This document shows, piece after piece, positions 37,438-47,436 of a stretch of DNA of 64,000 nt (position 1 is the first letter of the stretch; every line of letters starts with the position of its first letter). The notes below the pieces were generated by a model, which did not search any database, had not been told where the DNA came from, and saw nothing but the letters and a program-made list of their open reading frames with translations. The translations under genes and the position numbers were made by a program. This stretch comes from Spirochaetales bacterium (lineage in GTDB: Bacteria; Spirochaetota; Spirochaetia; JABEVK01): contig JBAXAI010000002.1 of assembly GCA_037142615.1 (NCBI GenBank), positions 160,001-224,000 of the forward strand, given 5' to 3'.

Positions 37438-37462
37438 TAACTTGATACCGGACCTACGGAAA

Positions 37463-38449
37463 TCACTGTTTTTCGACCAGAAGCTGCAAATTGAGCCGAA
37501 TCCGGTACTTGCCACCGTCGGGGATCTCAAACGCCTGCGATACCAGCGTGTTCCCGATCGACACCTGAACAAGGTGGGTGCCGAGCTCGACGGGGTAGAG
37601 CGTGACCGGAGTCCATGCGAGTTTTTTGCCGTCCAGTACAATCTGCGCTCCTTCGGGGGCTTCAAAAACCACCGAAGGCGATTCGAGGGGAAGCTCCAGC
37701 GTGACCTCTGTGACCTTGGCCTGACTCACCGCAACGTTGGCCGTGGCACCGCTGTAGCCGGGAAGGGAAGCCTCGAGCGTGTAGAGTCCGGGCTCGAGCA
37801 GCAGAAGCCCATCCGCAGACTGGGGCACACCGTTGGCGGTCAGTTTGAGGCGCTTTCGTTCTTCGGTCCCCAAAGTGGGGGTAAGCACGCTCAGGGCTCC
37901 CAGATTGCTGTTGATTGGGCGTGTCCTGAGCTGTAATTGAAAAGCCAGGTGCTGGGCCTCGGCGGGAAGTTCACCGATCGGAAGCACCACCACGGCCAGG
38001 GGAAAGCCCTTGTCGAGTTGAGTCAGTTTGAGTACGGCCGTGTCAACCGAAGCCCTGAGTCCTGCCTTGGCCACCAACGGAGCCAACAAGTAGAAGCGGG
38101 CATTAGGGGGAAGCACTTCCACGCTCAGTTTGTCGCCCTGTCCTGGCTCTTTCCCTTTGGGTGCCACGTAGTTCTGGTAGACAAACAGTGCGAGCAAGGA
38201 TCGGTAAGGCAACAGTTCCCGGGGAATCGTCACCTCGATCTCAAGTCCTCGGGTAAAACGCGTCGTGGCGGGAAGCGTCACCTGCACAACCTCTTCGGTA
38301 GTGAAAGTTACTGCCGGCGCATCGGGTAGTACTTCGCCGCGGTAGGCCCCCTTAACGGGTTCAGCCACAAGGGCAGCAGTAGCCAGCCAGGACGCCACGA
38401 GCAACAAGACGAAGATCCGCTTCTGGCGTGCCGAGGTGTGCTGGCTCAT
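37463..38449 (-). CDS. Exported hypothetical protein with PEGA-like domains
   Basis: Signal peptide; LEPGLYTLEASLPGY, PEGAQIVLDG. Confidence 0.7.
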   Translation of the reverse strand: MSQHTSARQKRIFVLLLVASWLATAALVAEPVKGAYRGEVLPDAPAVTFTTEEVVQVTLPATTRFTRGLEIEVTIPRELLPYRSLLALFVYQNYVAPKGKEPGQGDKLSVEVLPPNARFYLLAPLVAKAGLRASVDTAVLKLTQLDKGFPLAVVVLPIGELPAEAQHLAFQLQLRTRPINSNLGALSVLTPTLGTEERKRLKLTANGVPQSADGLLLLEPGLYTLEASLPGYSGATANVAVSQAKVTEVTLELPLESPSVVFEAPEGAQIVLDGKKLAWTPVTLYPVELGTHLVQVSIGNTLVSQAFEIPDGGKYRIRLNLQLLVEKQ

Positions 38450-39354
38450 CGCTTGACCGGCAGAAAGGAGACGGGGTCTTCAGGATGACCGAGCCTACGG
38501 ATTTCGAAATGCAAGTGCGGACCGGTCGACATTCCTGTGCTCCCAACGCTCCCGATCATCGTACCCGAAAGCACTCTGGTATTCAAGGAAGTCGCCGTCC
38601 TGCTGAGGTGGCCATAGACGGTTTCGTAGCCGTCTCCATGGTCGAGCCGGATGAAGTTGCCTAGCACCGCGTTGTACGCCACCTCGACCACCGTGCCATC
38701 GCGGGCAGCGTAGACTTCGGTTCCAACCGGGGCGGCAAGGTCGACACCGTTGTGGAAGAGCGGGTGCCCTGTGAATGGGCTAATTCTCATCCCGAACGAC
38801 GAGGTGAGTTTTCCCTTGGGCAACGGAAACCTGAACAGAATCCCCAGAAAAAAAGCCCTTTCCAAAGGATGAAAGCGTTCCCCAAGGAAGAACGCCACCC
38901 TGACTGGTTTGCCGCCCCGCTGAATGACGAGCGACTGGGTGGCCGCCGTGCTGTCGCGCCATCCTGCCATGAGCCGGTCAAGCTCGCCGGGAGACTCAGT
39001 GTCCAGGAAGACGCCCGGCTGACTGGGAATCAACAACAGCCGACCCGGTTGCACGCCCTCGGCCGTGGTGAGGCCATTGAGCGTCGTCAAGGTTTCATAC
39101 GGGAGGTTGAACCGGCTTGCCAGCGAGAACAGGTTGTCATCGACTTTCACGTAGTAGGTGAACAGCGCTAGGTCGCCGGGGCTTTCGTGTCGCGCAAGCG
39201 CCTGTCCAGCACTCTCGACCAATTCCTGCTGCTGGCGAAAAAGCCCATCCTTGGCCACCGTCAGAACCCGGATCTCGGGATACGGTGGCACTTCAGCCCC
39301 GCTGGCAGAACTGAGAGCCAAGACCAACAACGCGGCCAGGCAGCTGAGTCTCAA
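38446..39354 (-). CDS. LysM/M23 peptidase
   Basis: One LysM; HNGVD, HLHF. Confidence 0.9.
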   Translation of the reverse strand: MRLSCLAALLVLALSSASGAEVPPYPEIRVLTVAKDGLFRQQQELVESAGQALARHESPGDLALFTYYVKVDDNLFSLASRFNLPYETLTTLNGLTTAEGVQPGRLLLIPSQPGVFLDTESPGELDRLMAGWRDSTAATQSLVIQRGGKPVRVAFFLGERFHPLERAFFLGILFRFPLPKGKLTSSFGMRISPFTGHPLFHNGVDLAAPVGTEVYAARDGTVVEVAYNAVLGNFIRLDHGDGYETVYGHLSRTATSLNTRVLSGTMIGSVGSTGMSTGPHLHFEIRRLGHPEDPVSFLPVKR

Positions 39355-40199
39355 GCGCTGGTCTCCCCCGGCACCGGAAACAGACCCTCAAGAATGGCCT
39401 CGCCAAGGGGGAGTCCCCCCGAACTGCGGCCCAATTGCCGGTCGGGCCTCGTTTCCCCGTGAAAATCCGACCCTCCAGAGACCTTGAGTCCGAAACTGCG
39501 AGCCAAGGCCTCGAGCCTCCTTGCCACCCTCGGCTCAACCCCAGGGTGCCAGGCTTCCAGGCCATCGAGACCCAGCAGTTTCCACTCCGGTAGCCGTACG
39601 GCCAAGTTGGCCACCGACAGTCTCAGGGTCTTCGGGTGTGCGACGACGGCCAAGCCCCCTGCCTCATGGATCATCGAAATGGCCTCGCCGAGCTCAAGCC
39701 CCGCTTTGGGTTCATAGAACAGCCTTCCCCGCCCCAAAAAATGGTTGAACGCGTCCTGAATGGTCTCGACCTTGCCCTTTTCCACCAGAAATCGGGCGAA
39801 ATGTGGCCTTCCGACCTGTCCGCCCTGGGCCAGCGCCTCGATCTGTTCAAACTCGCCCTGTATCCCCGCCTCCTGCATTCGACGGAACATCGTCAGGTTC
39901 CGTCGGGCTCTCAACTGCTGGAGGTGCTTCAGTCCGACCACCCAGCCATCGGTCCACTGCTGCAGTCCGAGTCCCAACAAATGAAACTCGCCCTCGTCAA
40001 AAGCGATTTCCAGTTCGATGCCGCCGAAAAAACGGATTCCGAGCACCCGACAAGCCTGATGGGCCTCATCAAGTCCGGCAACGGTATCGTGATCGGTCAA
40101 GGCCAGCGCCGTTACTCCCTGCGACCGGGCTAACGTAGCCAAGGCCGCCGGGGTCAGCATTCCATCAGAAGCCGTCGAGTGGGAATGGAAGTCGACCAT
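39351..40199 (-). CDS. PHP-domain phosphoesterase
   Basis: DFHSHSTASDG, LTDHD, GRPH, AHP, GGSDFHG. Confidence 0.92.
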   Translation of the reverse strand: MVDFHSHSTASDGMLTPAALATLARSQGVTALALTDHDTVAGLDEAHQACRVLGIRFFGGIELEIAFDEGEFHLLGLGLQQWTDGWVVGLKHLQQLRARRNLTMFRRMQEAGIQGEFEQIEALAQGGQVGRPHFARFLVEKGKVETIQDAFNHFLGRGRLFYEPKAGLELGEAISMIHEAGGLAVVAHPKTLRLSVANLAVRLPEWKLLGLDGLEAWHPGVEPRVARRLEALARSFGLKVSGGSDFHGETRPDRQLGRSSGGLPLGEAILEGLFPVPGETSA

Positions 40200-40227
40200 C
40201 GCACCAGTGTAATTGTTTTTTCGGAGG

Positions 40228-40256
40228 TTGACAGGGGGGCAGGGGAGAATTATCCT
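40228..40256 (+). promoter_or_regulatory. sigma70 promoter
   Basis: TTGACA-N17-TATCCT. Confidence 0.65.
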
Positions 40257-40288
40257 GAGTTTGGTACCTTTGCCTTGAGGGAGGTTTC

Positions 40289-41302
40289 GTGCCCAAAGCC
40301 ACCCAGTACAAAACCAACTCGGTTATTTTCTTCCAGGGGGATGCGGGAGACAAAATCTTTATCCTTAAAGCGGGCAAGGTCCTTCTTAAATCCAACGACA
40401 TCGAAACCAAGGAAGAGATCAAGGAACTGGTAGCCTCCGGCGAGTTCTTCGGGGTAAAATCCGCGCTCGGGCGCTACCCGCGGGATGAGACGGCGCAAGT
40501 TCTTTCCGACGCAGAAGTTCTCGTGTTCACGGTTCCCGAGTTCGAGCAGTTGGTCCTGTCGAATACGCGCATCATCATGAAGATGCTGAAGGTTTTCTCC
40601 AACCAGCTGCGGCGCATGGTGAGCAAGGTCCAGAACCTTATTTCCAAGGGCAACAACAAGGATCTCGAAACTGGTCTTTTTGGCATCGGCGAGTACTATT
40701 ACAACAACCGGCACTACAAACAGGCCCAGCACGCCCTGACCCGGTATCTAGGCCACTATCCCGAAGGGCGCTATTCTGCCGAAGCCTCTGAGTTGGCCCG
40801 AAAGGCGGGACAGGGCGCAGGCAAGACCGATTCCACGGATATTTTCGCAGCCGCTGGCGCCGAAGCCGATTTCACTCCTCCCAAAGCGACACCCGCGCCA
40901 GGTTCTGTCGATGCTTTGGCCGCCAAGGGATTTTTCGAAGCGGTAGCGCTGGCGAACCAGGAAAAGTACCTCGAAGCCTTCAAAATCTTCCAGAAGCTGG
41001 TCAGTACCAACGCCGACCCCGAGCATGCCGCCAAGGCGGAGTTCGAGATGGGGCGCTGTCTGGTTTTCCTGACAAAGTATGACGAGGCAATCAAACACCT
41101 GACTGCGCTGATCACGAAGTACCCCAAGCACCCCGACCTCAAAGACGCGTTGTTTTTCATAGGACGCTCGTACCAAGGCAAAGGCGATGCTACGTGGGCT
41201 CGCAACTTCTTCAACAAGATCCTCGGAATCGCTGCTGAGGACGAACCCGTTTCCATCAAGACCCGCAAGGCCCTCAAAGAGCTCGAAGGGGCCAAGGCAT
41301 GA
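40289..41302 (+). CDS. cNMP-binding domain plus TPR protein
   Basis: IFFQGD, GEFFG...PRDETA; C-terminal TPRs. Confidence 0.85.
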   Translation: MPKATQYKTNSVIFFQGDAGDKIFILKAGKVLLKSNDIETKEEIKELVASGEFFGVKSALGRYPRDETAQVLSDAEVLVFTVPEFEQLVLSNTRIIMKMLKVFSNQLRRMVSKVQNLISKGNNKDLETGLFGIGEYYYNNRHYKQAQHALTRYLGHYPEGRYSAEASELARKAGQGAGKTDSTDIFAAAGAEADFTPPKATPAPGSVDALAAKGFFEAVALANQEKYLEAFKIFQKLVSTNADPEHAAKAEFEMGRCLVFLTKYDEAIKHLTALITKYPKHPDLKDALFFIGRSYQGKGDATWARNFFNKILGIAAEDEPVSIKTRKALKELEGAKA

Positions 41303-41943
41303 CCCTCGACTTGTCGGTTTTCAACCGCTTCGCCATCACAAAAAAGGCCGGAGACATCATTTTTTGCGAGTACGAGCCTGGCGACGCCTTCTACCTTATC
41401 CAGAGCGGCCAGGTGAAGATCGTCAAAATTGTGGGCGAGATTGAAAAGACCCTCGACATCCTCAATCCGGGTGAGTTTTTTGGCGAAATGGCCCTGCTGG
41501 AAGAGGCCCCGAGGAGCGCCACCACCATGGCTCTCACCGACGTGAAACTGCTGGAGTTCAACCGCGCGAACTTCGAAGTTCTCATGCAGGGTAACCCACA
41601 GATCGTCCTGAATCTGCTCAAGCTCTTCAGCAAACGGATCTACGACCAGAAGCGTAGGTTCATGATTCTCAACTTCGGTGACGATCATCAGGCCCGGGTT
41701 GCCGATGTGTTCCTTATGCTCGAAGAGAATCAGCCTCGACCCGCCGACCCCACTGACGTCGTTCGCGTGTTCCCCAATTCCGCCGAAGACATCGCCAACT
41801 GGGCTGGGCTGTCGGTGGCCAAGGTCAGCGAAGTGCTCAAACAGTTTGCCAACCAGCGCCGGGTCGAAATTCAGCAAGGCAAAATTGTCGTCAAGAACAT
41901 CAACGACTTCACCCGCTTTGTCAAATCCAAACGCCAGGAATAG
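41299..41943 (+). CDS. Crp/Fnr family regulator
   Basis: GEFFGEMALLEEAPRSAT; C-terminal HTH (EDIANWAGLS). Confidence 0.88.
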   Translation: MTLDLSVFNRFAITKKAGDIIFCEYEPGDAFYLIQSGQVKIVKIVGEIEKTLDILNPGEFFGEMALLEEAPRSATTMALTDVKLLEFNRANFEVLMQGNPQIVLNLLKLFSKRIYDQKRRFMILNFGDDHQARVADVFLMLEENQPRPADPTDVVRVFPNSAEDIANWAGLSVAKVSEVLKQFANQRRVEIQQGKIVVKNINDFTRFVKSKRQE

Positions 41944-41969
41944 GCCCTTCAGGGCCCTCAGGAGTCTTC

Positions 41970-42944
41970 ATGAACTATCGCAAACTCGGTGCTACCGGTC
42001 TCAAGGTCAGTGAAATTGCCTATGGAAGTTGGCTGACTTTCGGGAATCAGGTCGAACTCGACTCTGCGAAAGCCATCCTTCAGCGCGCCCGGGAACTCGG
42101 CATCAACTACATCGACTGTGCCGACGTCTACAACGCGGGTCAGGCCGAGTCCCTGCTGGGACAGATTCTGCCGGGTTGGCGCCGCAGTGACTACGTCGTG
42201 GCGACCAAGGCCTTTTGGCCCATGAGCGACAACGTGAATGACCGCGGCTTGTCGCGCAAGCACATTATCGACAGCGTTGAGGCGAGCCTTGAGCGTCTGA
42301 AGCTGAAGTACGTTGATCTGTGGTACTGCCATCGCTACGATCCCGAGACTCCTCTGGTTGAGACTTTGGAGGCGATTGAGGACCAGATCCGGCTCGGAAA
42401 GATCACCTACTGGGGAACCAGCGAGTGGGAAGCCGATCAGATCGCAGAGGCGTGGGCCCTGTGTGAAGCGAAAGGGTGGCACAAACCCGTGGTCAACCAG
42501 CCGTACTATTCGCTTTTGGGCAGAAAGATTGAACTGCGGATTCTTCCCACCTGCGAGCGGCTCGGTATCGGAACGGCCTCGTTCTCGCCACTCGCTCAAG
42601 GCATCTTGACCGGGAAATATGCGTCAGGCGCTTTGCCAGTTGGAAGCCGCGGCGCGAACGACAAACTCAACATGTTCATGAAGGAGAGTTTGGGAAACCC
42701 CAAAGTGCTCGAAAAGGTGGAAAAGCTCCGACCCATTGCGGAGCGGTGTCACCTGAGTGTGGGGCAGTTGGCGATCGCCCGGCTGCTGCAACACCACGCC
42801 ATCTCGAGCGTTATTGTGGGGGCGAGCTCCGTCAAGCAATTGGAAGAAAATTGCGTGGCCGCCGGAGTCAAACTTCCGGCCGCAGAGATCAAAAGAATCG
42901 ACGCCCTGTTCCCGACTCCAGACGCGGTCGGCCGGTTCACCTGA
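41970..42944 (+). CDS. Aldo/keto reductase (Kv-beta-like)
   Basis: GSWLTFG, DCADVY, GLSRKHI, SPLAQGILTGKY. Confidence 0.92.
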   Translation: MNYRKLGATGLKVSEIAYGSWLTFGNQVELDSAKAILQRARELGINYIDCADVYNAGQAESLLGQILPGWRRSDYVVATKAFWPMSDNVNDRGLSRKHIIDSVEASLERLKLKYVDLWYCHRYDPETPLVETLEAIEDQIRLGKITYWGTSEWEADQIAEAWALCEAKGWHKPVVNQPYYSLLGRKIELRILPTCERLGIGTASFSPLAQGILTGKYASGALPVGSRGANDKLNMFMKESLGNPKVLEKVEKLRPIAERCHLSVGQLAIARLLQHHAISSVIVGASSVKQLEENCVAAGVKLPAAEIKRIDALFPTPDAVGRFT

Positions 42945-42953
42945 TCACGAAGT

Positions 42954-44096
42954 CTACTTGATCAGATCCAGCACCGTTTGGGCCGCCTTCTTGTAGTCGG
43001 TCTCGTTTCTCTCAATGGCCTTGGCAAGGTTCGTTTTGGCGTCGTCCCATTTCTTCTGGGCGTAGGCGGTTAGTCCTTTGGCATACTCGAGCAGGCCTGC
43101 GGGCAAGGTCTTGGTAGAGACCAGGGCAAAGGCTGCCTCGGCTTGAGGGTAGTCCTTGAGCTCATACGAGGCTAAACCGGCGTAGTAACGAGCCTGGTCG
43201 TCGGCCGGACGCTGAACAAGGGCCGACTGAAAAAGCTTGAGGGCCCCTGCGTAATCCTTGTCCTTCATCTTTGCCACGCCTTGCGCCAGCAGGGTGCTGA
43301 AGCTGGTCTGTACTGCCCAGTACGCAGCGAGGTCCTTGGAGCCGGTGCTCAGGCTCTTCCCGCTTTGGAATCGCTGGAGAGCAGACTGGCGATTGGCTTC
43401 CAAAGTGGCCGCTGGTGCTAGATTGCCCAGAATCGAACCAAGAATGCGCGGATACACGGGATCGGTTGACTGAAGCAAAAAGGTGACAAGCGCCCAGCTG
43501 TCGAGTTCGTTTGCTGCGGGGGCAGTCAGGAGTGCACTGAGGTCAGTCACCGGCTGTGTCGCCCAACGGGCCTGAAGGGCGTCCAGGAACGGTTCCTCGG
43601 TTACCGGCCCCAAGGAAGTGCCATCCCAGCTGACGTTCCAAAAGTGGTAGGCCAGACCGGTTTCAATCCACGAGGGTGATCGCGGCAGAAACGACCAAAG
43701 GTACTGGTAAAAACCCTGAAATGCGAGGGGGTGAGCGAGGTCAGCGGTGTTCCAGCCTGCAAGAACACTTTGCGCCGGATCGGTGTATTGAAGGAAGACG
43801 AAGTCCTCGGGAGGCGAGGCTGTCGTGCCCTCGAGCGCCTTCACGAAGTCCTCCTTGCTGCTGTACAAAGTCACGGCCAGCGGGGCCGGCAGTTTGCTGA
43901 GGTCAAACAGGAAAAGCTGGTTGTAACGCTGGAGCAGCGCTTCCATCAGGGCTAACGTTTCGTTCGCCTTTTCCGAGCCAGCCCAGGAGGTCACCACATA
44001 GTGGTCGCTCTTAACGACCGTCGGTTCCGCGTTCGATTGAGCTCCCAGAGGGATACTTATCAAGGCGAAGCACAGGAGTAACGAAAGGTTGCGCAT
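42954..44096 (-). CDS. Exported TPR protein with a degenerate peptidase-MA-like domain
   Basis: Signal peptide; C-terminal TPRs; SD AGGAG; TTGAGA-N17-TACAAT promoter. Confidence 0.75.
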   Translation of the reverse strand: MRNLSLLLCFALISIPLGAQSNAEPTVVKSDHYVVTSWAGSEKANETLALMEALLQRYNQLFLFDLSKLPAPLAVTLYSSKEDFVKALEGTTASPPEDFVFLQYTDPAQSVLAGWNTADLAHPLAFQGFYQYLWSFLPRSPSWIETGLAYHFWNVSWDGTSLGPVTEEPFLDALQARWATQPVTDLSALLTAPAANELDSWALVTFLLQSTDPVYPRILGSILGNLAPAATLEANRQSALQRFQSGKSLSTGSKDLAAYWAVQTSFSTLLAQGVAKMKDKDYAGALKLFQSALVQRPADDQARYYAGLASYELKDYPQAEAAFALVSTKTLPAGLLEYAKGLTAYAQKKWDDAKTNLAKAIERNETDYKKAAQTVLDLIK

Positions 44097-44158
44097 GGGG
44101 TCTCCTGCGGTCATTGTAGTGCAGGCTCTCAAGAATCTCAAACCGGAATACGCTATAC

Positions 44159-44244
44159 TGCCGAGGACCGGAATCGAACCGGCACGGACGTTTCCATCCG
44201 GGGGATTTTAAGTCCCATGTGTCTACCTATTTCACCACCCCGGC
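44159..44244 (-). tRNA. tRNA-Leu(UAA), CCA not encoded
   Basis: GCCGGGGTGGTGAAATAGGTAGACAC...CT-TAA-AA, long variable arm, GGTTCGATTCC, CCTCGGCA. Confidence 0.95.
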
Positions 44245-44284
44245 GATGGGAACGACCTTAGCAAAACCAAGGGGTTCTTTCAAG

Positions 44285-45085
44285 ATGTCAGAGTTCTCCG
44301 GTCTCGTCGACAGCCATTTCCACAGCCTCTCGATGCGCACCAAAGGGTTGGATCCGCACGAGTGCCTGGAACGATTTTTCAGCCAAGGGGGGCGTTGGGC
44401 CCTTGATGTCGCCGTGGGTATCGCGGGTTGGCAACTGAGGCAGGAGCTTGCTCTGGCTTTCAAAGGGGTTTACCTGACTGCGGGATTCCATCCGTCGGAG
44501 GCTCCTGGGGTCTCAGAGGGCGACTGGGAGACGTTGCAGGGGCAACTGGCTAACCCTAAAACTCTGGCCCTAGGTGAGGTGGGTCTGGATTGGTACCGCG
44601 GAAGGGACTCGGCTGGCGTGCAACGCGAGGTGTTTCGGCGGCAGGTGGGCCTCGCGCTCAAGGCCAACCTACCGCTGGTGATCCACAACCGAGAGGCGGA
44701 CACGGAACTGATTCAGGACTTGGATGCCGAGCGCTGGTCTGGAAAAGGCATTCTGCATTGTTTTTCTTCGGACCTGTCGATGGCGCGGCGCGGCCTCGAC
44801 CGTGGCTTTTTGCTGAGCTTTGCCGGGAACGTTACTTACCCTTCGGCCGCCGCGCTCCGGGAAGTCGCCCGTTGGGTACCATCGGACCAGATTCTTGTCG
44901 AAACTGACTCGCCCTACTTGAGCCCTCAGGGCTTTCGTTCCCAGCCCAACGAACCCCTGCTAGCCGGACACACGGCTGCGTTCATAGCCGAGTTGCGTGG
45001 CGTGAACCTGGCTGACTTTCTGGAACAAACCGGCCGCAACTTCGCCCGCTTGCTGGGACCCAAACTCACTGATCCAGAACTATAA
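44285..45085 (+). CDS. tatD: TatD family nuclease
   Basis: DSHFH, GFHP, GEVGLD, IHNRE, HCFS, ETDSPYL. Confidence 0.92.
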   Translation: MSEFSGLVDSHFHSLSMRTKGLDPHECLERFFSQGGRWALDVAVGIAGWQLRQELALAFKGVYLTAGFHPSEAPGVSEGDWETLQGQLANPKTLALGEVGLDWYRGRDSAGVQREVFRRQVGLALKANLPLVIHNREADTELIQDLDAERWSGKGILHCFSSDLSMARRGLDRGFLLSFAGNVTYPSAAALREVARWVPSDQILVETDSPYLSPQGFRSQPNEPLLAGHTAAFIAELRGVNLADFLEQTGRNFARLLGPKLTDPEL

Positions 45086-46238
45086 TCTCAACGCGGCGGT
45101 TTTGAGCTCTGCCTGCCTCGGTATCGTTCCCAGCTAGCGGTTCGGTACCACCACGTCCCTCGTACAGCAATTTTCGGGCTTCGATGCCCTCGGTCTTCAA
45201 GCGTTCGACAATGCTTTGCGCCCGGTCCCAAGAAAGGCTCACTTGGGTATCGACGGTCCCCACGGCGGCCGTATGGCCCACCACGAGGAACGAGCGGTCT
45301 GGTACGGATTTGAGCAGCTCGGCGATGGCCTTGAGTCGCTGATCTTCGCCCGGCAGAAGCTCCGCCTTATCGGCCACGAATCTGAGGTTCTCGAGCGTGA
45401 GCTTCACTCCCTGCTTGTCCGGCGTCACCTTGACCCCCGTGACCTGGGCTCCCTGGAGCTTCTCCGACAGCGTCTGGGCCACAGCCTCAGTCTGCAGAGC
45501 CGGGACCCCGTCGAACGTGGTCCAGATACGACCTTCATTCGAGGTAGTCTTGCCCCGAGAAACGAACTGTTCCTTGATCAGCTCGCTGACGTACAGCGGC
45601 TTTCTGGTCTCCAAGTCATAGCTGATGGTGGCAACGTGACTGCCCTCGGCCCTTTCGAGCAGGGGGTCACCCTCCGGATCCAGTCCCTTGCGGTAGCGCA
45701 CGGCGTATTGCGCCTTCACCTGGACCACCGGTACGCCGAAATAGTCGCCCGCTTTGTCCCACTTATACTCGATCAGAATGGGAATACGGGTGCTTACGCC
45801 GCTTCCCAGGAAGTCCGAAACCAGCTCCCCATTCCCAACCCAGACGCTGCCGGGTCCAGCTCCCGGGGGCGGCGCGGCTGGATAGTTCCGGTAGTAAGGC
45901 ACCCCAGCCCCCTGAAAATGGCTGGCGCTGCCGTCCGCCGCCAAGACAAAAGTCGCTGCCCGTTCAGAATCAATAGGTTTCTCAAAAGCTGAAAGATCGC
46001 GTGCCGACTGCGCAACAATCCAATAGTGCGCATCGACGTTTTGGGTGCCAGCCGAGTCACCAGCCCTGAGCTTCCACACGCCACTCTGGTAGCCGTAAAC
46101 GGCCCCCTGGTACTTCGAATCGACATACTTGCGCCAGTAGAAGTTATGCTGAATCCGCACTGTTTCGTCGCTCCAGGCCAGCGAAACGGCAACAAACGTA
46201 AGCAACAAGACGCTCAGAGTTCTTGCCACACGGCTCAC
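45066..46238 (-). CDS. OmpA-family peptidoglycan-binding protein
   Basis: Signal peptide; VVGHTA, LSWDRAQS, NRRVEI. Confidence 0.88.
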   Translation of the reverse strand: MSRVARTLSVLLLTFVAVSLAWSDETVRIQHNFYWRKYVDSKYQGAVYGYQSGVWKLRAGDSAGTQNVDAHYWIVAQSARDLSAFEKPIDSERAATFVLAADGSASHFQGAGVPYYRNYPAAPPPGAGPGSVWVGNGELVSDFLGSGVSTRIPILIEYKWDKAGDYFGVPVVQVKAQYAVRYRKGLDPEGDPLLERAEGSHVATISYDLETRKPLYVSELIKEQFVSRGKTTSNEGRIWTTFDGVPALQTEAVAQTLSEKLQGAQVTGVKVTPDKQGVKLTLENLRFVADKAELLPGEDQRLKAIAELLKSVPDRSFLVVGHTAAVGTVDTQVSLSWDRAQSIVERLKTEGIEARKLLYEGRGGTEPLAGNDTEAGRAQNRRVEIIVLDQ

Positions 46239-47422
46239 GAGCCAAAACTCCTCGGGTTCGAAGGCACACGAAAGGAAATCGTCGTGCCCTTGTGTAGAAC
46301 CGAGTGCACTTCGATGGTACCCTGGTGGGCTTCTACGACGTTGGCCACTACCACCATCCCCAAACCGGTTCCTCCCGAACTCGACGCCGAAAAGAACGGC
46401 TCAAAAAGGTTCTTTTGGACCTCTTCCGGCATTCCTTCCCCCGTGTCGGCTACCGAAATCCTCACGTAGTCACCCTCTTCTGCCGCCGTCAGTGAAAGTT
46501 CACCGCCATGCCTCATGGCCTTGCGTGCATTGTCGATGAGGTTGGCAAAAACGCGCAAGATACGATCGTAATCGAGGAGCAACTGCCCGTGAAAACTGTT
46601 GGAAATAGCCAGGTTGATACTGCGTGCCCGAAAACTGACTTGATACTGCTCCTGCAATCGTTGGAAGATCTCCTCAAGCGAAACCGGGCTGAGGTTGAGG
46701 CGGATATTTCCACGGGAGTAGTCAAGCAGTTCCCCAACCATGCGGTTGAGCCGATCGATTTCACCGAGCAGCTTGCCGACCATCGACGCTGTTTTTTCTG
46801 GCGACTGTGATCCGAGCGAAAGGATTTCAGAGTACCCCTTGACGATGCTGATCGGGTTGCGCAGGTCGTGGATGATCATCGAGGCGAACTTACCGAGTGT
46901 CGAAAGCCGCTCGTTCCGGATCAGGTCATCTTGGGCCTTCTTGAGGTCCTCGTAGGCACGCTCCAGCATCAGATTCTTTTGCCTGAGGCCATACTGAAAC
47001 GCCTCGTTGCTCACCCGAACCATCTTTGAGACGGTTTTCATGATCAGAAGGGCGATCGGAGGGTTTTCTTCGATGATCTGGCGGAAGCGGGGCTTTTCGA
47101 GTGAGAGCAGCAGGGCTGACGAAGCGGTGCGCGCGGTGGCGCTGCGGGGGAGTTCATCAATCAGTGACATCTCTCCGAAACTCGCTCCAGGACCACGGAT
47201 GGCGAGAATATCGGCGAAGGTACTACCATAGTCCTTCCAGATTTCAACCTGTCCTTCCAGCAACACATAAAAGCGATCGGGCTGATCGCCTTCGCGGAAG
47301 ATTATGGTCCCCGAGTCGAGTCGTTCTTCGCGGCACTCCAAGAGGAACTTGCCCAGGTCGTCGGCCGGTAGTTCCCGAAAGAGTTCCAGCAGCTGGAAAT
47401 GGCGTTCAACTTCCGCGTTCAT
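46235..47422 (-). CDS. Cytoplasmic histidine kinase with cNMP-binding sensor
   Basis: FGEMSLIDELPRSAT; HDLRNP; NLIDNA, DTGEG, GTGLG. Confidence 0.92.
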   Translation of the reverse strand: MNAEVERHFQLLELFRELPADDLGKFLLECREERLDSGTIIFREGDQPDRFYVLLEGQVEIWKDYGSTFADILAIRGPGASFGEMSLIDELPRSATARTASSALLLSLEKPRFRQIIEENPPIALLIMKTVSKMVRVSNEAFQYGLRQKNLMLERAYEDLKKAQDDLIRNERLSTLGKFASMIIHDLRNPISIVKGYSEILSLGSQSPEKTASMVGKLLGEIDRLNRMVGELLDYSRGNIRLNLSPVSLEEIFQRLQEQYQVSFRARSINLAISNSFHGQLLLDYDRILRVFANLIDNARKAMRHGGELSLTAAEEGDYVRISVADTGEGMPEEVQKNLFEPFFSASSSGGTGLGMVVVANVVEAHQGTIEVHSVLHKGTTISFRVPSNPRSFGS

Positions 47423-47436
47423 GGGCCCCTCCGTAT

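Noticed and set aside
37322-37460. SRP (4.5S) RNA
   Set aside because: It lacks the conserved domain IV GGAA tetraloop with flanking CAGG/AGCAG.
44159-44284. tRNA-Leu as an integration site; TatD start at 44219
   Set aside because: No integrase or duplicated tRNA 3' end was seen; the longer TatD start overlaps the tRNA.
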